Source: Paragordius varius (taxonomy: Eukaryota > Animalia > Nematomorpha). From it: 64,000 bases of DNA. Made by a program: the position numbers and the translations under genes. The stretch lies in assembly GCA_964247055.1 (NCBI GenBank), contig OZ176055.1, positions 1,116,001 to 1,180,000 on the forward strand, given 5' to 3'. Numbering within the stretch: position 1 is the first letter of the stretch; each line of letters opens with the position of its first letter. The notes under the pieces were generated by a model. The model was not told where the DNA came from. It saw only the letters and a list, made by a program, of their open reading frames with translations, and did no database searches. Shown here in pieces: positions 25,166-35,891 of this stretch.

Positions 25166-28100
25166 TCTATATCATTACTTTACAGTTTAAACAATGAGTT
25201 ACATTTTAAATAATCGCGAGATATAAAAAGCATAGTTGTCTTTTTTTGAAAAAAAATATTTGTCTTTATATTTTCAAGTTTTGTCCCGTATATTTTCAAT
25301 TTTTACTGTAATTTATCACTTTTATATTTATATATGTATATACTAGGAATTATTAGTGTACTTATCCATCCTAATTTCCACGGAACCAAGTTTATTCAAA
25401 GAAATCCTACGAGTCCGTACTGGACTTATCTTGCAAGTTATGGCTTCTGAATTAGCTCGCATACTTGAATGTTCAGGTTTATTCATATCCAAGTTAATAT
25501 AAAAATTATAATTAAATTGGAAAATAAAAATAAATTTTTAGCGGTTATCATTTTATAAATAACTTATAATGAAATTCCATGTTTTTGTGTAAAGATAATT
25601 TATCAATATATTTAATTTTTTTACAACTATATCAATTGAGTTGTGTAAATATAGGATTAAAGATAGATAATTTTTTTTTTGGAATTATCGCCAAAATTAT
25701 AAAAATTTGACATTTATTACTTATAAAAATATTTTTTTATAAATAAATACTAGAAATTTATTTTTTTTTGAAATTTTTGCTGAATATTTATTTCATAATT
25801 CCGTAGGCGAGGAAGCATCGGACCATTTATTGAATTTGAGTCCTTATGAATTGAAAACTATACTTTACAACATTCTGAGTGGTCGAGAATTTAATATTGG
25901 TAAATAATTTTTTATTTTAGTTTTGCATTTTTTTTAAAATTATAACAGTAGAGTATAGGATACAAAATTTGTAATTAAAAAAATCTTTAAAACAAGGATA
26001 AATATTGTTTGATTACAAGCATTTGTTGTTTTTTACCATACGCTACTGTACTTTTATTTTTATAGTTTTGGGAAGAAAAGCAATTATTTTCATATCAAAT
26101 TTTGTGGGCTTAATTATTTAGTTTTTTTTAAACTTACAGTATCAATCCGTAAGATTTGCCTTTTCGAAGAAATTTATTACTATCAATAATTATATTCTTT
26201 AAAAGATATATATTAATCTTTATAAGATAAATTATATATAAAATATGTATTTGGATAGATTTATATATATATTTAATATCTAAAATATAAAACCCATTTT
26301 TTTGTTATAGAAATGTTAATCCTGAATGTTGTTTTTTTTTAAAAAAAATTTAGTTGATTTTTAAAAATTTGGCGCACTCTGTTTTACACACCTATTTTTG
26401 CTTTTATAGGTTCTAGTTGGGTAGCCCCAAATCAATCCATAGCTCCATTAGTGAAAGAACAAAAAAATATCAATGAATTAAAATTGCTTATGAAAAAGGT
26501 ATATAATATAATAATGATATTCAACATTTTGTGTGCTTGTATATACAGTTTATGGGGTGAATGTTTGAAATTTTGTGTTATACACTTGATTTGATTTTAA
26601 AAATTTTATTTTTGATTTCGGTTTAATTGTTAATCAATTTGGTACTTATATTTTGGTTTTTTATCAAAATATAGAGATATCCTAATATTATAAATTAAAT
26701 TTTTTTGCAACCACCTTAATATAAACTTTAGGGAACAATTGTATCCTACATACTTCCAAACTAAAAATGTTATACTTTTACTACATGATTAAAATGCAAA
26801 AAAATATGATCAAATACTTTGGACCTGGAAAACAAAAACTTACGAACGAAATATATGATTGTTGATGCCTGGCTTTATTTTTTAACGGTTAGGTCTTTAA
26901 ACGGTGTTTGATTTGCAAAAAATCTTTTACTACTCGAGTATTTTAAATACTTTTTTGTGCGTCACAGTAAAATTAAGACTTTAAAGACAAAATGTAGAAT
27001 AAAAAAAACATACATTTGAAAGTACAACCAAACCTTTTATACCTAAGATATCTTAAATATATACCATTTACTTCAAGTTCACCCTCAAACAATTCAAATT
27101 CACCTTGAAAATATATTATTTATTTTCGCGCTAATATAACTCATCATTCATATTAAATATATTTTTACGAAATATTTTATCATTTTTTAGCATTATATTA
27201 ATTTTAAACAGAATGTCATAATTAATTAATATTAAAAAATAAAGGTAATTTTTAATATTAATAAAAACGGATATTTAAGGGTGAATGTGAATTGTTCAAG
27301 AGTGAATTCGAATTGTTCAAGGGTGTTGAACTGTAAATGGTATAATATATAATTTTGAGCTGCGCAAAAAACATATAGAGATATAAATAGGTAACACTTT
27401 TAATTATATATTATCTAATTTTCAAGGTTTAAAACAGTATGGCTTTGATATTTGAATAAAAGATTAATTTTTTACGTTATTATAATTTTAATCAGTAGGA
27501 ATGATTTTAAAAAATTTTTTTGTTTTTATAAATTTGAATTTTTTCTATTCATCATATAATTACTGTAGTGTTTTTTAAAAAAATTTATATTATGGATTTA
27601 CAGAAAAACTGAAATTATACGGACAAAACGTAAGTACATAAAGACAAATATTTTTCTCTAAAAGACAACCATACCTTTTTGAACGTTAATTTTTCTATAT
27701 AAGCTATTTAATTACAAATGTTATACATAGAATTGATTGTGTCACCAATATACAATATTATAATTTGTAATTTAAACCAATGAGTTACATTTAGAAAAAA
27801 TGGAGTTTAAAAAGGTAGGATTTTCTTTTAGAAAAAAACATTTGTCTTTATATTTTTACATGTCCGTATAATTCCAATTTTAACTGTACTTTTATCAATT
27901 TAATTCTTCATGCATATACAACCTTTTTTTATATCATTTATTTCAGAGAATAAGTAGTCATATAGGTATTTTGGGGGAAACTAAAGAATCCCGCGCCGAT
28001 ATTCCATTACATGGGCAATGGTTAAGAAGGCGACGTTTGGATGGTTCACTCAATAGAGTCCCCGTTAATTTTTACAGTAGTGTTTGGAAAATTCTGGAAA

Positions 28101-28588
28101 AAGTATAAAGCCTTTAATCATTTAAGCGGATGTGATTTGTTTCAAAATTATTGATATTGTTAAGTTATTTAGCGCATAAATAAGATTCTCTTGATATTAT
28201 TACCTTTTAAAGTTTAATGTTTTTTTGAAAAGTATGGTATTTATAAAGGGGGTGTAATGTGGTTTTAAATTGGTTTCGATGTTTTATGAATTATTTTTTA
28301 TTTATGATAAAACAATTGAGTAGTATAAAAATTTTTGGCTCATCCATATATACATTTGTGAGATTTATTTTAAGTTTAATATAAAATTGTGCGTTATTTA
28401 ATTATGACTGTTGATTATTTCATTTGTTGTTTATATTGTTTAAAATAATTTTTTTAGAAGTATATAGTTTAATATATCTTTTTTATTTTAACATTATCGA
28501 ATTATTATATTTAATCTAATTGTATATTAATAGTGCCATGCTTTTAATTTGGCCAATCAACGACTGGATAATAACCTTATAAAGGAGG

Positions 28589-28639
<51 letters not shown>

Positions 28640-31206
28640 ATTTAATTTAGATATCTAAGACAATTTAAAGGTTATCATTTTTTAAATAATTTATATTGGT
28701 ATTTTTTACTTAAAATATTATATCAAGGAATTACGCTAAAAATTGAAATTATATGGACAAAACGTAAAAATATAAAGACAAAGTTTTTTTCTAAAAGAAA
28801 ACCATACATTTTTAATCCATAATTTTTCCTATATAAATAATTTAACTATAATATAAAATATATGTTATTGATTGTTTTATCAATAAACATCTTTATTTCA
28901 TACTATGCAATTTTTAATAATATTTATATTATGATTTAAATATTTGTATTTTATTTTTCGTTTCGTCCGTATTACAAACTTTTACTGTAATTAATACATT
29001 GGAGGTAATTTTTTGAATATTCCTAATATATATGGTCCTGAACCCATTTTTAGAAAACATTTCGTTTGTAATAAAGGCACAAGTACTAACTAATCCAATG
29101 ATATTTTTTTGTAAAAAAAATTTATAAGGTTCAAAATTTATAATTGGTTATATAAGTTTTGAAATTGTATAAAGGAAAAAAATATGTTAAAGCAGATATA
29201 ATTACAGTAAAAATGAAATTATACGGACAAAATGTAGGAATATAAAGACAAATTTTTTTCAAAAGACAACCTAAACCTCAATTCCTATTGTCTAATCAAT
29301 AATCTCTATTTTATACTTTGAAAGTTTAAAACAATCAGTAATATTAAAAAAATAAAGATTTAAAAAGTATGGGATTGTCTTTTAGGAAAACTATCTTTAT
29401 TTACGTTTTGTCCGTATAATTTCAATTTTTACTGTAGTATTGGTTTATGGCTAAAGTATAGAAAGTTACCTACCAAAAATGAAAATATATACAGTAACGT
29501 ATGGTAAAAAACTACAAATGGTTGAAATTAAACCGTTTTCCCCATGTTTTTATGGATTATATTACCGTTTTTTGACACTAATACACACGCTACTGTATTT
29601 ACTTAAGCCAAAAAATTGACATATAATTATTACTGTAATGTATTTTATTTCTAACCTATAGATGACACCCGAAGAAATTAAATTTTCTCTGCACATTGAA
29701 TCGATTCTCAATATATTACCGCACTCAGAATATCGACAATTGGTGGTTGAAGCTTTATGCGCACTTATAGTTGTTACGGATAAATTACATAAATACACCA
29801 TTTCACAACTCATTGATGTCGATCACATTGTACATCGTGCTAATCAAATTTTCTTGAATGATCAAGTTTGTCTTTTTTTATTAGTAATTTTTTATTATTT
29901 AGGACAAAAGATTTGATTTAACGGATTAATTATATAGATTTTTTTCGAAAAATGGTGTTTTAGCGCAGTTAAAATTTAAAATTATACGAAAAAACGTAAA
30001 AATATATAGACAAATATTTTTTTCTAAAAGTCAAGCATAATTTTTAAATCTTAGCTTTTTTAATGTGAATTATTGTTTAAAATTGCAAAGTATGAGAAAT
30101 TGTGATATGTATATTGGTAAAACAATCTATATATTTTATGATCGTAAATTCATTTATACTAGAAATAAAATAAATAGTTGCCTTTTGGAGAAAAATATTT
30201 GTCTTTATGTTTTTACGTTTTGTCCATATAATTTCTGTTTTTACAGTAAATGATTTCATGGAAAAAATTACTTCTAGCACTAATAGAGTTTTTTTAATTT
30301 GCAGTATAAAAGCTAAAAATTGTTTTCTTAGGTCTATTTCGCTCGCTTTTGGTAAAAAGGATTCTAAAAGTTATTTAATTAGTGTTTGAATTTGGATTTC
30401 AAATCCAAAAATATGAGTTTTTTAGCGCATCTTTTCTTTGGGGGAAGGGGGAATCAAAAATTTTTTAACAGAAAATACGTTTATTGCACTATGTTTTTAT
30501 TTTTTAGGGCATATAGGATGGAAAAATAATCTTTAACAGATATAATTAAATAATTTATTGATATTTTGTATAGCATACTATAATGATAATACATTTGGAA
30601 TGTTAAAATATATAATAAGTTTATAAATATATATAAGGCATATATGTTAAAAAGTATAAAAAAATATATGTATAAATTGCAATTTGCTAATGGACTGTGT
30701 AACTTTAACATTATCATCATTTAGCAATAATACTACTTTTCCAAAAAATCTCAAAACTGCATACACAATGCATACATGATCAAATCTGCAAATTTAAGAT
30801 ATCCTTTTTTTGCCCCTTTTTAAAGCATGTTGAAAACTTTAAAGAATATATTATAAAACCCTTGTTTATGCCAAGTTTGAGCGTTAATTCTGTTATCTTG
30901 TTGTTTTATAATTATGGTTTTTGAACATATATTCCTGGATTTTGTTCGGAATTATTTTTTATTTCCTTGCTTTAGAAACAAGTGAATGGAGATGCTACAC
31001 TATGTTGTGCTCCCAATGTTAATACGGGAACGCAACACGAAAACGCAACCGTAAAACCATGTGGAGGCGTTGATGGAATTTGCCAATTTTTTTATGATTC
31101 CGCCCCGAGTGGGGTGTACGGAACCCTAACGTATATGACTCGGGCATTTGCTGAAATAGTTAGGGTCGAAGCTTTGGACGAACGTGCTCAGTGTCATATC
31201 AATTGA
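284..31206 (+). CDS. PHKA: Phosphorylase b kinase regulatory subunit alpha (5'-partial, 25 exons in window, ~950 aa)
   Basis: GT-AG exons splice in one continuous frame: 284-382, 810-851, 1581-1685, 1750-1803, 1903-2025, 2530-2622, 3908-4015, 14953-15031, 15964-16098, 16591-16700, 18540-18687, 19048-19123, 19217-19299, 21082-21258, 21697-21844, 22421-22499, 22598-22675, 23238-23396, 25347-25476, 25807-25899, 26410-26498, 27947-28102, 28534-28587, 29662-29865, 30976-31206 (sum 2853 nt). Peptides match recalled PHKA motifs: [98 protein letters not shown]; C-terminal CaaX-like CHIN*. Upstream exons lie outside the window. Confidence 0.95.
1237..1526. mobile_element. Family-A MITE
   Basis: TACCATTTACAATTCAAATTTACC ... 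GGGTGAATTTAAATTGTTCAAGGG...AAATGGT inverted termini. Confidence 0.7.
2810..3343. mobile_element. Family-A MITE, divergent subfamily (~530 bp)
   Basis: TACCATTTGCACTTCAAGAGTGTCCTTGAACAGTTCAAGTTGGTCC ... GGACCAACTTGAAATGTTCAAGGACATTCTTGAAGTGCAAATGGTA. Confidence 0.8.
3377..3655. mobile_element. Family-A MITE
   Basis: TA|TACCATTTACAATTCAAATTGACCC ... GAATTTGAAGTGTAAATGGTA|TA. Confidence 0.8.
4080..4503 (-). mobile_element. Non-autonomous Helitron (~420 bp)
   Basis: On the minus strand it starts A|TCTATATATA (4503) and ends CTAA|T (4080), with a GC-rich hairpin (GCTGC-GTA-GCAGC) about 11 nt before the 3' end. There is no TSD and the insertion is between A and T. Homologous to 45080-46287. Confidence 0.75.
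4580..8484. mobile_element. 3.9-kb foldback (palindromic) non-autonomous DNA transposon, Tc1/mariner-type ends
   Basis: TA|CAGTATGCATTTTAATG ... CATTAAAATGCATACTG|TA. Arms ~4580-6470 and ~6609-8484 are near-identical reverse complements with a ~140-bp spacer. Each arm holds an internal array of ~110-120-bp units (CAGGTAAAAATTGCGGTTTTTAATAAA...). No transposase ORF was seen. Confidence 0.9.
8565..10805. mobile_element. 2.2-kb foldback element with mirrored Myb/SANT-like ORF remnant (possibly Harbinger-derived)
   Basis: AAA|GACTGATGTGAATTTAAG ... CTTAAATTCACATCAGTC|AAA (3-bp TSD). Arms ~8565-9500 and ~9835-10805 with a ~330-bp spacer. Subterminal GTAAGA(C/T)(A/G) 8-mer arrays at both ends. Mirrored ORFs at 9229-9567(+) and 9844-10110(-). 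The palindrome is certain; the superfamily is tentative. Confidence 0.8.
10998..13800 (-). mobile_element. Degenerate RTE-clade LINE (APE endonuclease + RT + PHD-like zinc finger), internally deleted
   Basis: Minus-strand remnants: TWNVR / [10 protein letters not shown] / AGVAIFI / YAPV / DLNGHIG (endonuclease, ~13200-13790); [19 protein letters not shown]...[12 protein letters not shown] (RT, 11985-12227); [10 protein letters not shown] and CKKWVHNKC (11569-11838). The 3' end runs into a (TA)n tract at ~10978-10997. Many stops and frameshifts. Confidence 0.85.
13856..14310 (+). mobile_element. Inverted duplicate of the LINE endonuclease region
   Basis: GGCCGGAGTCGCCATTTTTATCGCGCAACG...CAAGCACTGCCATCGATTTGATT is the reverse complement, with scattered differences, of ~13160-13617. 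Confidence 0.85.
14569..15880. mobile_element. Three Family-A MITE copies flanking PHKA exon 14953-15031 (14569-14799, 15052-15312, 15634-~15880)
   Basis: Each begins TACCATT(T/C)ACA.TTCA and carries the GGGTGAATTTGAATTG arm. The third copy is truncated on the right. Confidence 0.75.
17340..18440 (-). mobile_element. 5'-truncated degenerate RTE-like LINE fragment (RT C-terminus, PHD-like finger) in PHKA intron
   Basis: [11 protein letters not shown] and [13 protein letters not shown] (17954-18232) parallel the motifs at 11569-11838. A GRLFKT-like C-terminal remnant lies near 17500-17560. Boundaries are approximate. Confidence 0.65.
19777..20205. mobile_element. Family-A MITE with right arm expanded into a 21-bp tandem array (GGGTGAATTTGAATTGTTC(A/G)A x ~12, 19952-20205)
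   Basis: A direct 21-mer array is visible and explains the repetitive ORFs at 19950-20246 and 19966-20208. Confidence 0.85.
20390..20940. repeat. Three tandem ~178-bp units
   Basis: ACCAAATCTATATCTGTTGATCGGAATGAAGCTAGTATGTGTAAAATTT recurs at ~20391, ~20568 and ~20746. Confidence 0.8.
22697..22896. mobile_element. Family-C MITE (~200 bp; AGTATGCATTT.AATGG ... CCATTAAAATGCATACT)
   Basis: Inverted termini; further copies at 32149-32342 and 63720-63908; termini match those of the 3.9-kb foldback. Confidence 0.75.
24790..25310. repeat. Tandem triplication (~190-200 bp period) of the right half of a Family-B MITE, separated by (TA)n
   Basis: TTACAGTT.AAAACAAT...AAAAAG(T/C)AT.GTTGTC...TTTTTACTGTAATTTATCACTTT occurs three times, ending at 24917, 25106 and 25307. 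Confidence 0.8.
27062..27342. mobile_element. Family-A MITE
   Basis: TACCATTTACTTCAAGTTCACCC ... GGGTGTTGAACTGTAAATGGTA|TA. Confidence 0.8.
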
Positions 31207-32148
31207 AAACGAGCTTGCTTGCTTTCTTGCTTGTTTGCATATGTTTCTATAAAACAAAAAAATATTACGTTATAGATTATAATTGAGATGTATACAGTAA
31301 AAACTGAATTATACGGATAAAATGTAAAAATAGAAAGACAAATATTTTTTTCTAAAAGACAACCATAATTTTTGAATCTTGATTTATATCTATATAACTC
31401 ATTGTTTTAAATGTCAAAATCTGAAATAGAGATACATTACTAATAAAATCAATTCTATATTTTACATTGTAACTAAATAGCTTATAATACGGTTTTAAAA
31501 AAGTATGGTTGTCTTTTAGAAAAAAATATTTGCCTTTTCCTTTTGTCCGTTAATTACAATTATTGCTGTATATATGTATGTGTCTAGAGTAAATAGCAAA
31601 GTTAATAGATCTAAAAAGTGTCGTTTCTATTTATTTTTTTATCTTTAAATAACCTATCTAATTTAGGTTATACAAGAAGGAGTAGAGATGTAATGATACA
31701 TTCTCAATTGAATTCAACACAGTAATTTATAAAAGTATTAGACAGCCGTATGTTTTTTACTATTTTTTAATGGCAATTAAAAGTTGGATTTAAAATTAAA
31801 TTGAATTAGACAAAGTCGCATATATCCTAATCAATTAGCCATAGTTTATATATCACAAGTTGCGCTTATTTTATAGTTTTTTATCATATTTCAAGTTTTT
31901 AAACTATGTAACGTGTGCCATAATTCATTTTACAATGTTTGTTAAAATGGAGTTAAAGAAATCTCTATTTTATACTTTTAATCAATCATACATATATATT
32001 ACTTAATTTGTATTTTAAACAAATCACATTTAATTGACGTTGTGCAAATATTTTAAATATTTATGTATAAATTAAAATATTTTTTTAAAGTGCCAACATT
32101 TATAGTTAAAAAATATGTAATATTGCATTTTCACTCCAAATTTATAAA

Positions 32149-32342
32149 AGTATGCATTTTAATGGTTTCTTATTTCACACAATAGTTGGGTAATTTACAA
32201 AACCACAGTAGTGTATGGTAAAAACAACAAATGTCGATTTATAAATAATTTTTTTCTTTCTTTTTTCATACATACACTATTGTGTTGCAAATTGCCTAAA
32301 TATAGTGTAGTGTGAAATAAGCAACCATTAAAATGCATACTG
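32149..32342. mobile_element. Family-C MITE
   Basis: AGTATGCATTTTAATGGTTTCTTATTTCACAC ... GTGTGAAATAAGCAACCATTAAAATGCATACTG. Confidence 0.75.
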
Positions 32343-34427
32343 TTATAAATATGTATAAAACAACAGTATTTGTGAATTGTGAGCATCAACAAATGTATTA
32401 TAAACTATGTAATATTTTATAAAATTTAATAAATATAATGATTGTGAATATGGCGATAATTATATAAAATAATTTAGGTAGGGTCAACTGATATTTTAAT
32501 TTCGATTACCTTAATACGATAAAATAAAATTGATTGAAAATAAAATCGATTTAAAAAATAATTATTTTTGAGTTAAAATATGCGGTTGCCCAAGTGTTTA
32601 GATAAAAAAATAGTGTTAAACCATTAATATTAAAAATATAATATTAGTTTGCTATTATTAATTAACTAATTAATTAGTTATAAGAAAAATAGATTTTGTT
32701 AATTAAGTTAAAGTAAATGGCAAAAACGCATATAAATGATTTTTAAAAAAATAAATAGTTAATTTATTTAATAAATATCTAATTTTCGGTTATATTTGTA
32801 TAACCTTCTTTAGGATAAAGAAAAGAAATTAAAACGAAATTAAAAAAGATATAAATTAAAATAAGCACTAAATTACTGAGCCCCATTATTAACTGATAGA
32901 GTATTTTTGTTGATATAAAAGATGTAAAAATATTCTTACATCCATCAATGTATTGTAAAAATTGAAAATTAACAGACAAAACGTAAAAACACAAAGACAA
33001 TTTTTTTAAAAAGACCATTGTACTTTTTTAAACTTAATTTTTTAAAATAACTTAATGTTTTTAATTTCAAAAGTATTATTGGTAAAACAATCTTCTATAT
33101 ATTATAGTTGTTAAACATTTGATATCGGAAAAACTAAGGTGTAAAAAAGTATGATTTTATATAAAAAATATTTGTCTTTATATTTTTCCGTTTTATCCGG
33201 ATAATTTCGATTTTTACTGCATGGGTTTGTTTTAATTGCTAATTCCATATCTTTTTTTAAAATAAGGGTTCCTGGAAACGGTTCCCTCTTCCTTCTCTTT
33301 TGGTAAAATAATTTAGCTTTATGTCAATATTATAATAAGTTACATAAAGCTATGGTGACACCAAAAATATATGGCTTTCTTAATTTGTAAAATATACTTT
33401 TATAATGATTAAAACAATTAAACAGTATTGAAAGCGGTGAGATAATAAAAATTTATTTAAAAAATGCATTATCGGCATTAAAAACGGCTAAAACCCTTTA
33501 AAAAAAGAAAGCGAAAAAAGATAGTTTCTATTTTATATTTTGATATTGGGATTTTTATTATTTTCTGATTACAATTTATTAACATATATTGGTTAAAATT
33601 ATTTAACGAACAGTTATTCAATCAGATGAATCAATTTACTTTTAGGGCTAAGCCCCTAATATATTTTGTTTATATTTCGAATTAATTGGATAAATAAATT
33701 CTAATGCGAAATAGAGTGGATTCATTTTTTAGTAAACTTGTTTTATATACCAGTTAAAAATTTGAACAAGTTAATTGCACCACAATCGGATAGGGTATAA
33801 GGGGTGATAAACAACCCTAAAACTATCTTAAGTTTTTGTAAAAAAAGAGATTTTTTATTTGGCATACCTTGACCCGACAATAAGAATATTTAAGGTTTTT
33901 TGCCAATGTTATAATCTATTATTTGGAAACCTTCTGACTTCTGGTTTTTTAATTGGGCTTAGTTAATTTTGCCACTTACAGTGATAAAAAATGTTGACAA
34001 TTTAAGTCAGTAAATCCAAAATTATTTTTTATCCAGAAAATGTAATTGTACCAAAATTTAGTTAACAAAAGGGAAATTGTATCATTTCTCATAATTTCAA
34101 CGTTTTAACCTATTTTCCCTTATTTTATAGTTATGAACCAAAATGTATTTCAAAAATAAGCCAAGCAAAATTTCTTATGAGCCATCCATTAATATTTCTC
34201 GTTACTGCGTTTTAGAGAGGAAAGTGGGGATTATTTATTATACAAATAAAAAGTAAAACAAAAAGACCACCATATTTTTTAAATCTTGATTATTTAATTT
34301 TTAGTTTTCATCCGTATAACTTTAATTTTTATTGTTATAGAAAAAAATATTTTACCTCCTATAATATTGCCATTTCCCTTATTAAGGGTGTGTTTTGTTT
34401 GCCCATTAGGACCCAAATATATATGAA

Positions 34428-35891
34428 TTAACCACAGTCACAGCAAAATACAACTGAGCGTTCCTCAAAAATCCAATCATTTTCGAATTCATATTGCAAT
34501 CGACGTCTATCTCGTTCCCTGTAAAATGATTTAAGGAATTGACCATATTGACGTTGTGATTTTGTGTTTGTGTTATTCTGTAATTTGATTTGTTTTGACA
34601 GGGTGTCTGTATGTAGTTTTTGTCTATTATCAGAGTAATATTTGTCGGAATGACTTGAAGATAAAGTTGTTTTATTCACCCTAATTCTGTTTTTTGTTTT
34701 GTCATGCAGCTTACTTTTTATTGATGACTTCTTTTGTGATCCAAGCACCCGATCTATGTCATATTTAGCTTTGTAAGTTGCGTCAGTCTTTTCATACATA
34801 TCGCGACATATAGAATTACTATTCCGTTTAAGGACTTTAACGGTAAACGCGCGGGGCATACATTTATAAAATGAATAATAGCAATACTTAGTTTTACACT
34901 TTATGGATCGAATGTAACGTGGAAAATAATCGGGACCCAAGTCGTTCCAAACCTCTTCCGATTCACATTGCCACGGTTTGTGATCTGGAACGGCTCTCAT
35001 CATATTTGAAGAACGATGTCTCAACATTAATGAAGTGCGTTTAATCATAATAGGTCTTTCTTCTTCGTCACTTGTTTCCATATCATCTCCTACTACAGAT
35101 CTGCTATGCCTTTTATTTAGACTTCTTGATGCATTTATCCCGGGTTGATTTAATCTATCATTATTATTAAGTGTTGTTAATTGATGTTTTGAAGTTTTGA
35201 TATCATGGTATTTTGGAACGAGTTCTTGTGCATAATTTTCATCGACTTTGAAGGAGAGTGTATAGGTTGGATAGGAGGTAAGACCTATGTTGTCATTTTC
35301 ATCGCTATTTTGTGGTTGTTCACCTTCCTGATCATTTTGCACATTGAGAGCTATGGGTAAACTATTGACCTGGGCCCCAGTGATACGGACTTCAGGATTA
35401 TCAATAGCCATATACCTTGCATTAAAGGCTTGTCCCAATTTTTGACTAAGGTAGCGTTTAGATCGTTCTACGCAATACACTTTTTTAATGTATAGTTGAT
35501 TGTGATCAGTATTAGTTTTTGCAAAATTTTCGACAAATTTCGACTTGCTGGAAGGCGTATGTTTTTGCTCTTGTGAAATGGAGTGAAATATAGGTGGTGG
35601 TTTATATGCTTTGAATGAGATTTGTTTTGGGGGGGAATTGCTGTTGTTGTTTTTATAGCTCATTTTATCTTGACTCGTTTCAATAGGTAAAAAATCGATA
35701 TCTTCATCTTCATAGATGGGCGATTTAAGTGAATTGATATCAAATTTTGGAATTTGCATTGCTTGTATTAAATAATTATTGTTGTTAAAATGACGAGAAT
35801 AATACATGTCAAACATATGTAAGATCGGATTAATATATGTTTGGGATGAAGTTAAAAAGAAGACCAATAGGTAAAAATATATGGGAATCAT
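34428..35891 (-). CDS. trk: Trunk/PTTH/noggin-like family secreted cystine-knot growth factor (trunk-like), intronless, 487 aa
   Basis: Hydrophobic signal peptide MIPIYFYLLVFFLTSSQT. Trunk N-terminal motif C..RS..YL...LGQAFNARYMAI. Knot region PWQCESEEVWNDLGPDYFPRYIRSIKCKTKYCYYSFYKCMPRAFTVKVLKR...C and terminal WIFEERSVVFCCDC match recalled insect Trunk motifs (W.DLG..YFPRYIRSI.C; W.WEE..V.FCC.C). A furin-type RHSR site precedes the knot. Confidence 0.88.
   Translation of the reverse strand: MIPIYFYLLVFFLTSSQTYINPILHMFDMYYSRHFNNNNYLIQAMQIPKFDINSLKSPIYEDEDIDFLPIETSQDKMSYKNNNSNSPPKQISFKAYKPPPIFHSISQEQKHTPSSKSKFVENFAKTNTDHNQLYIKKVYCVERSKRYLSQKLGQAFNARYMAIDNPEVRITGAQVNSLPIALNVQNDQEGEQPQNSDENDNIGLTSYPTYTLSFKVDENYAQELVPKYHDIKTSKHQLTTLNNNDRLNQPGINASRSLNKRHSRSVVGDDMETSDEEERPIMIKRTSLMLRHRSSNMMRAVPDHKPWQCESEEVWNDLGPDYFPRYIRSIKCKTKYCYYSFYKCMPRAFTVKVLKRNSNSICRDMYEKTDATYKAKYDIDRVLGSQKKSSIKSKLHDKTKNRIRVNKTTLSSSHSDKYYSDNRQKLHTDTLSKQIKLQNNTNTKSQRQYGQFLKSFYRERDRRRLQYEFENDWIFEERSVVFCCDCG

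Larger units (their letters stand above)
23935..34340. mobile_element. Cluster of Family-B MITEs (TA|CAGTAAAAATTGAAATTATACGGACAAAACG ... ACTG|TA; ~230-300 bp, ~80-bp TIRs)
   Basis: Copies at ~23935-24229, 24626-24917, 27601-27886, ~28735-28987, 29205-29434, ~29966-30245, 31295-31568, ~32952-33219 and a partial one at 34240-34340. CAGT/ACTG termini with TA flanks suggest Tc1/mariner (pogo-like) origin. The span marks the cluster, not a single element. Confidence 0.8.
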
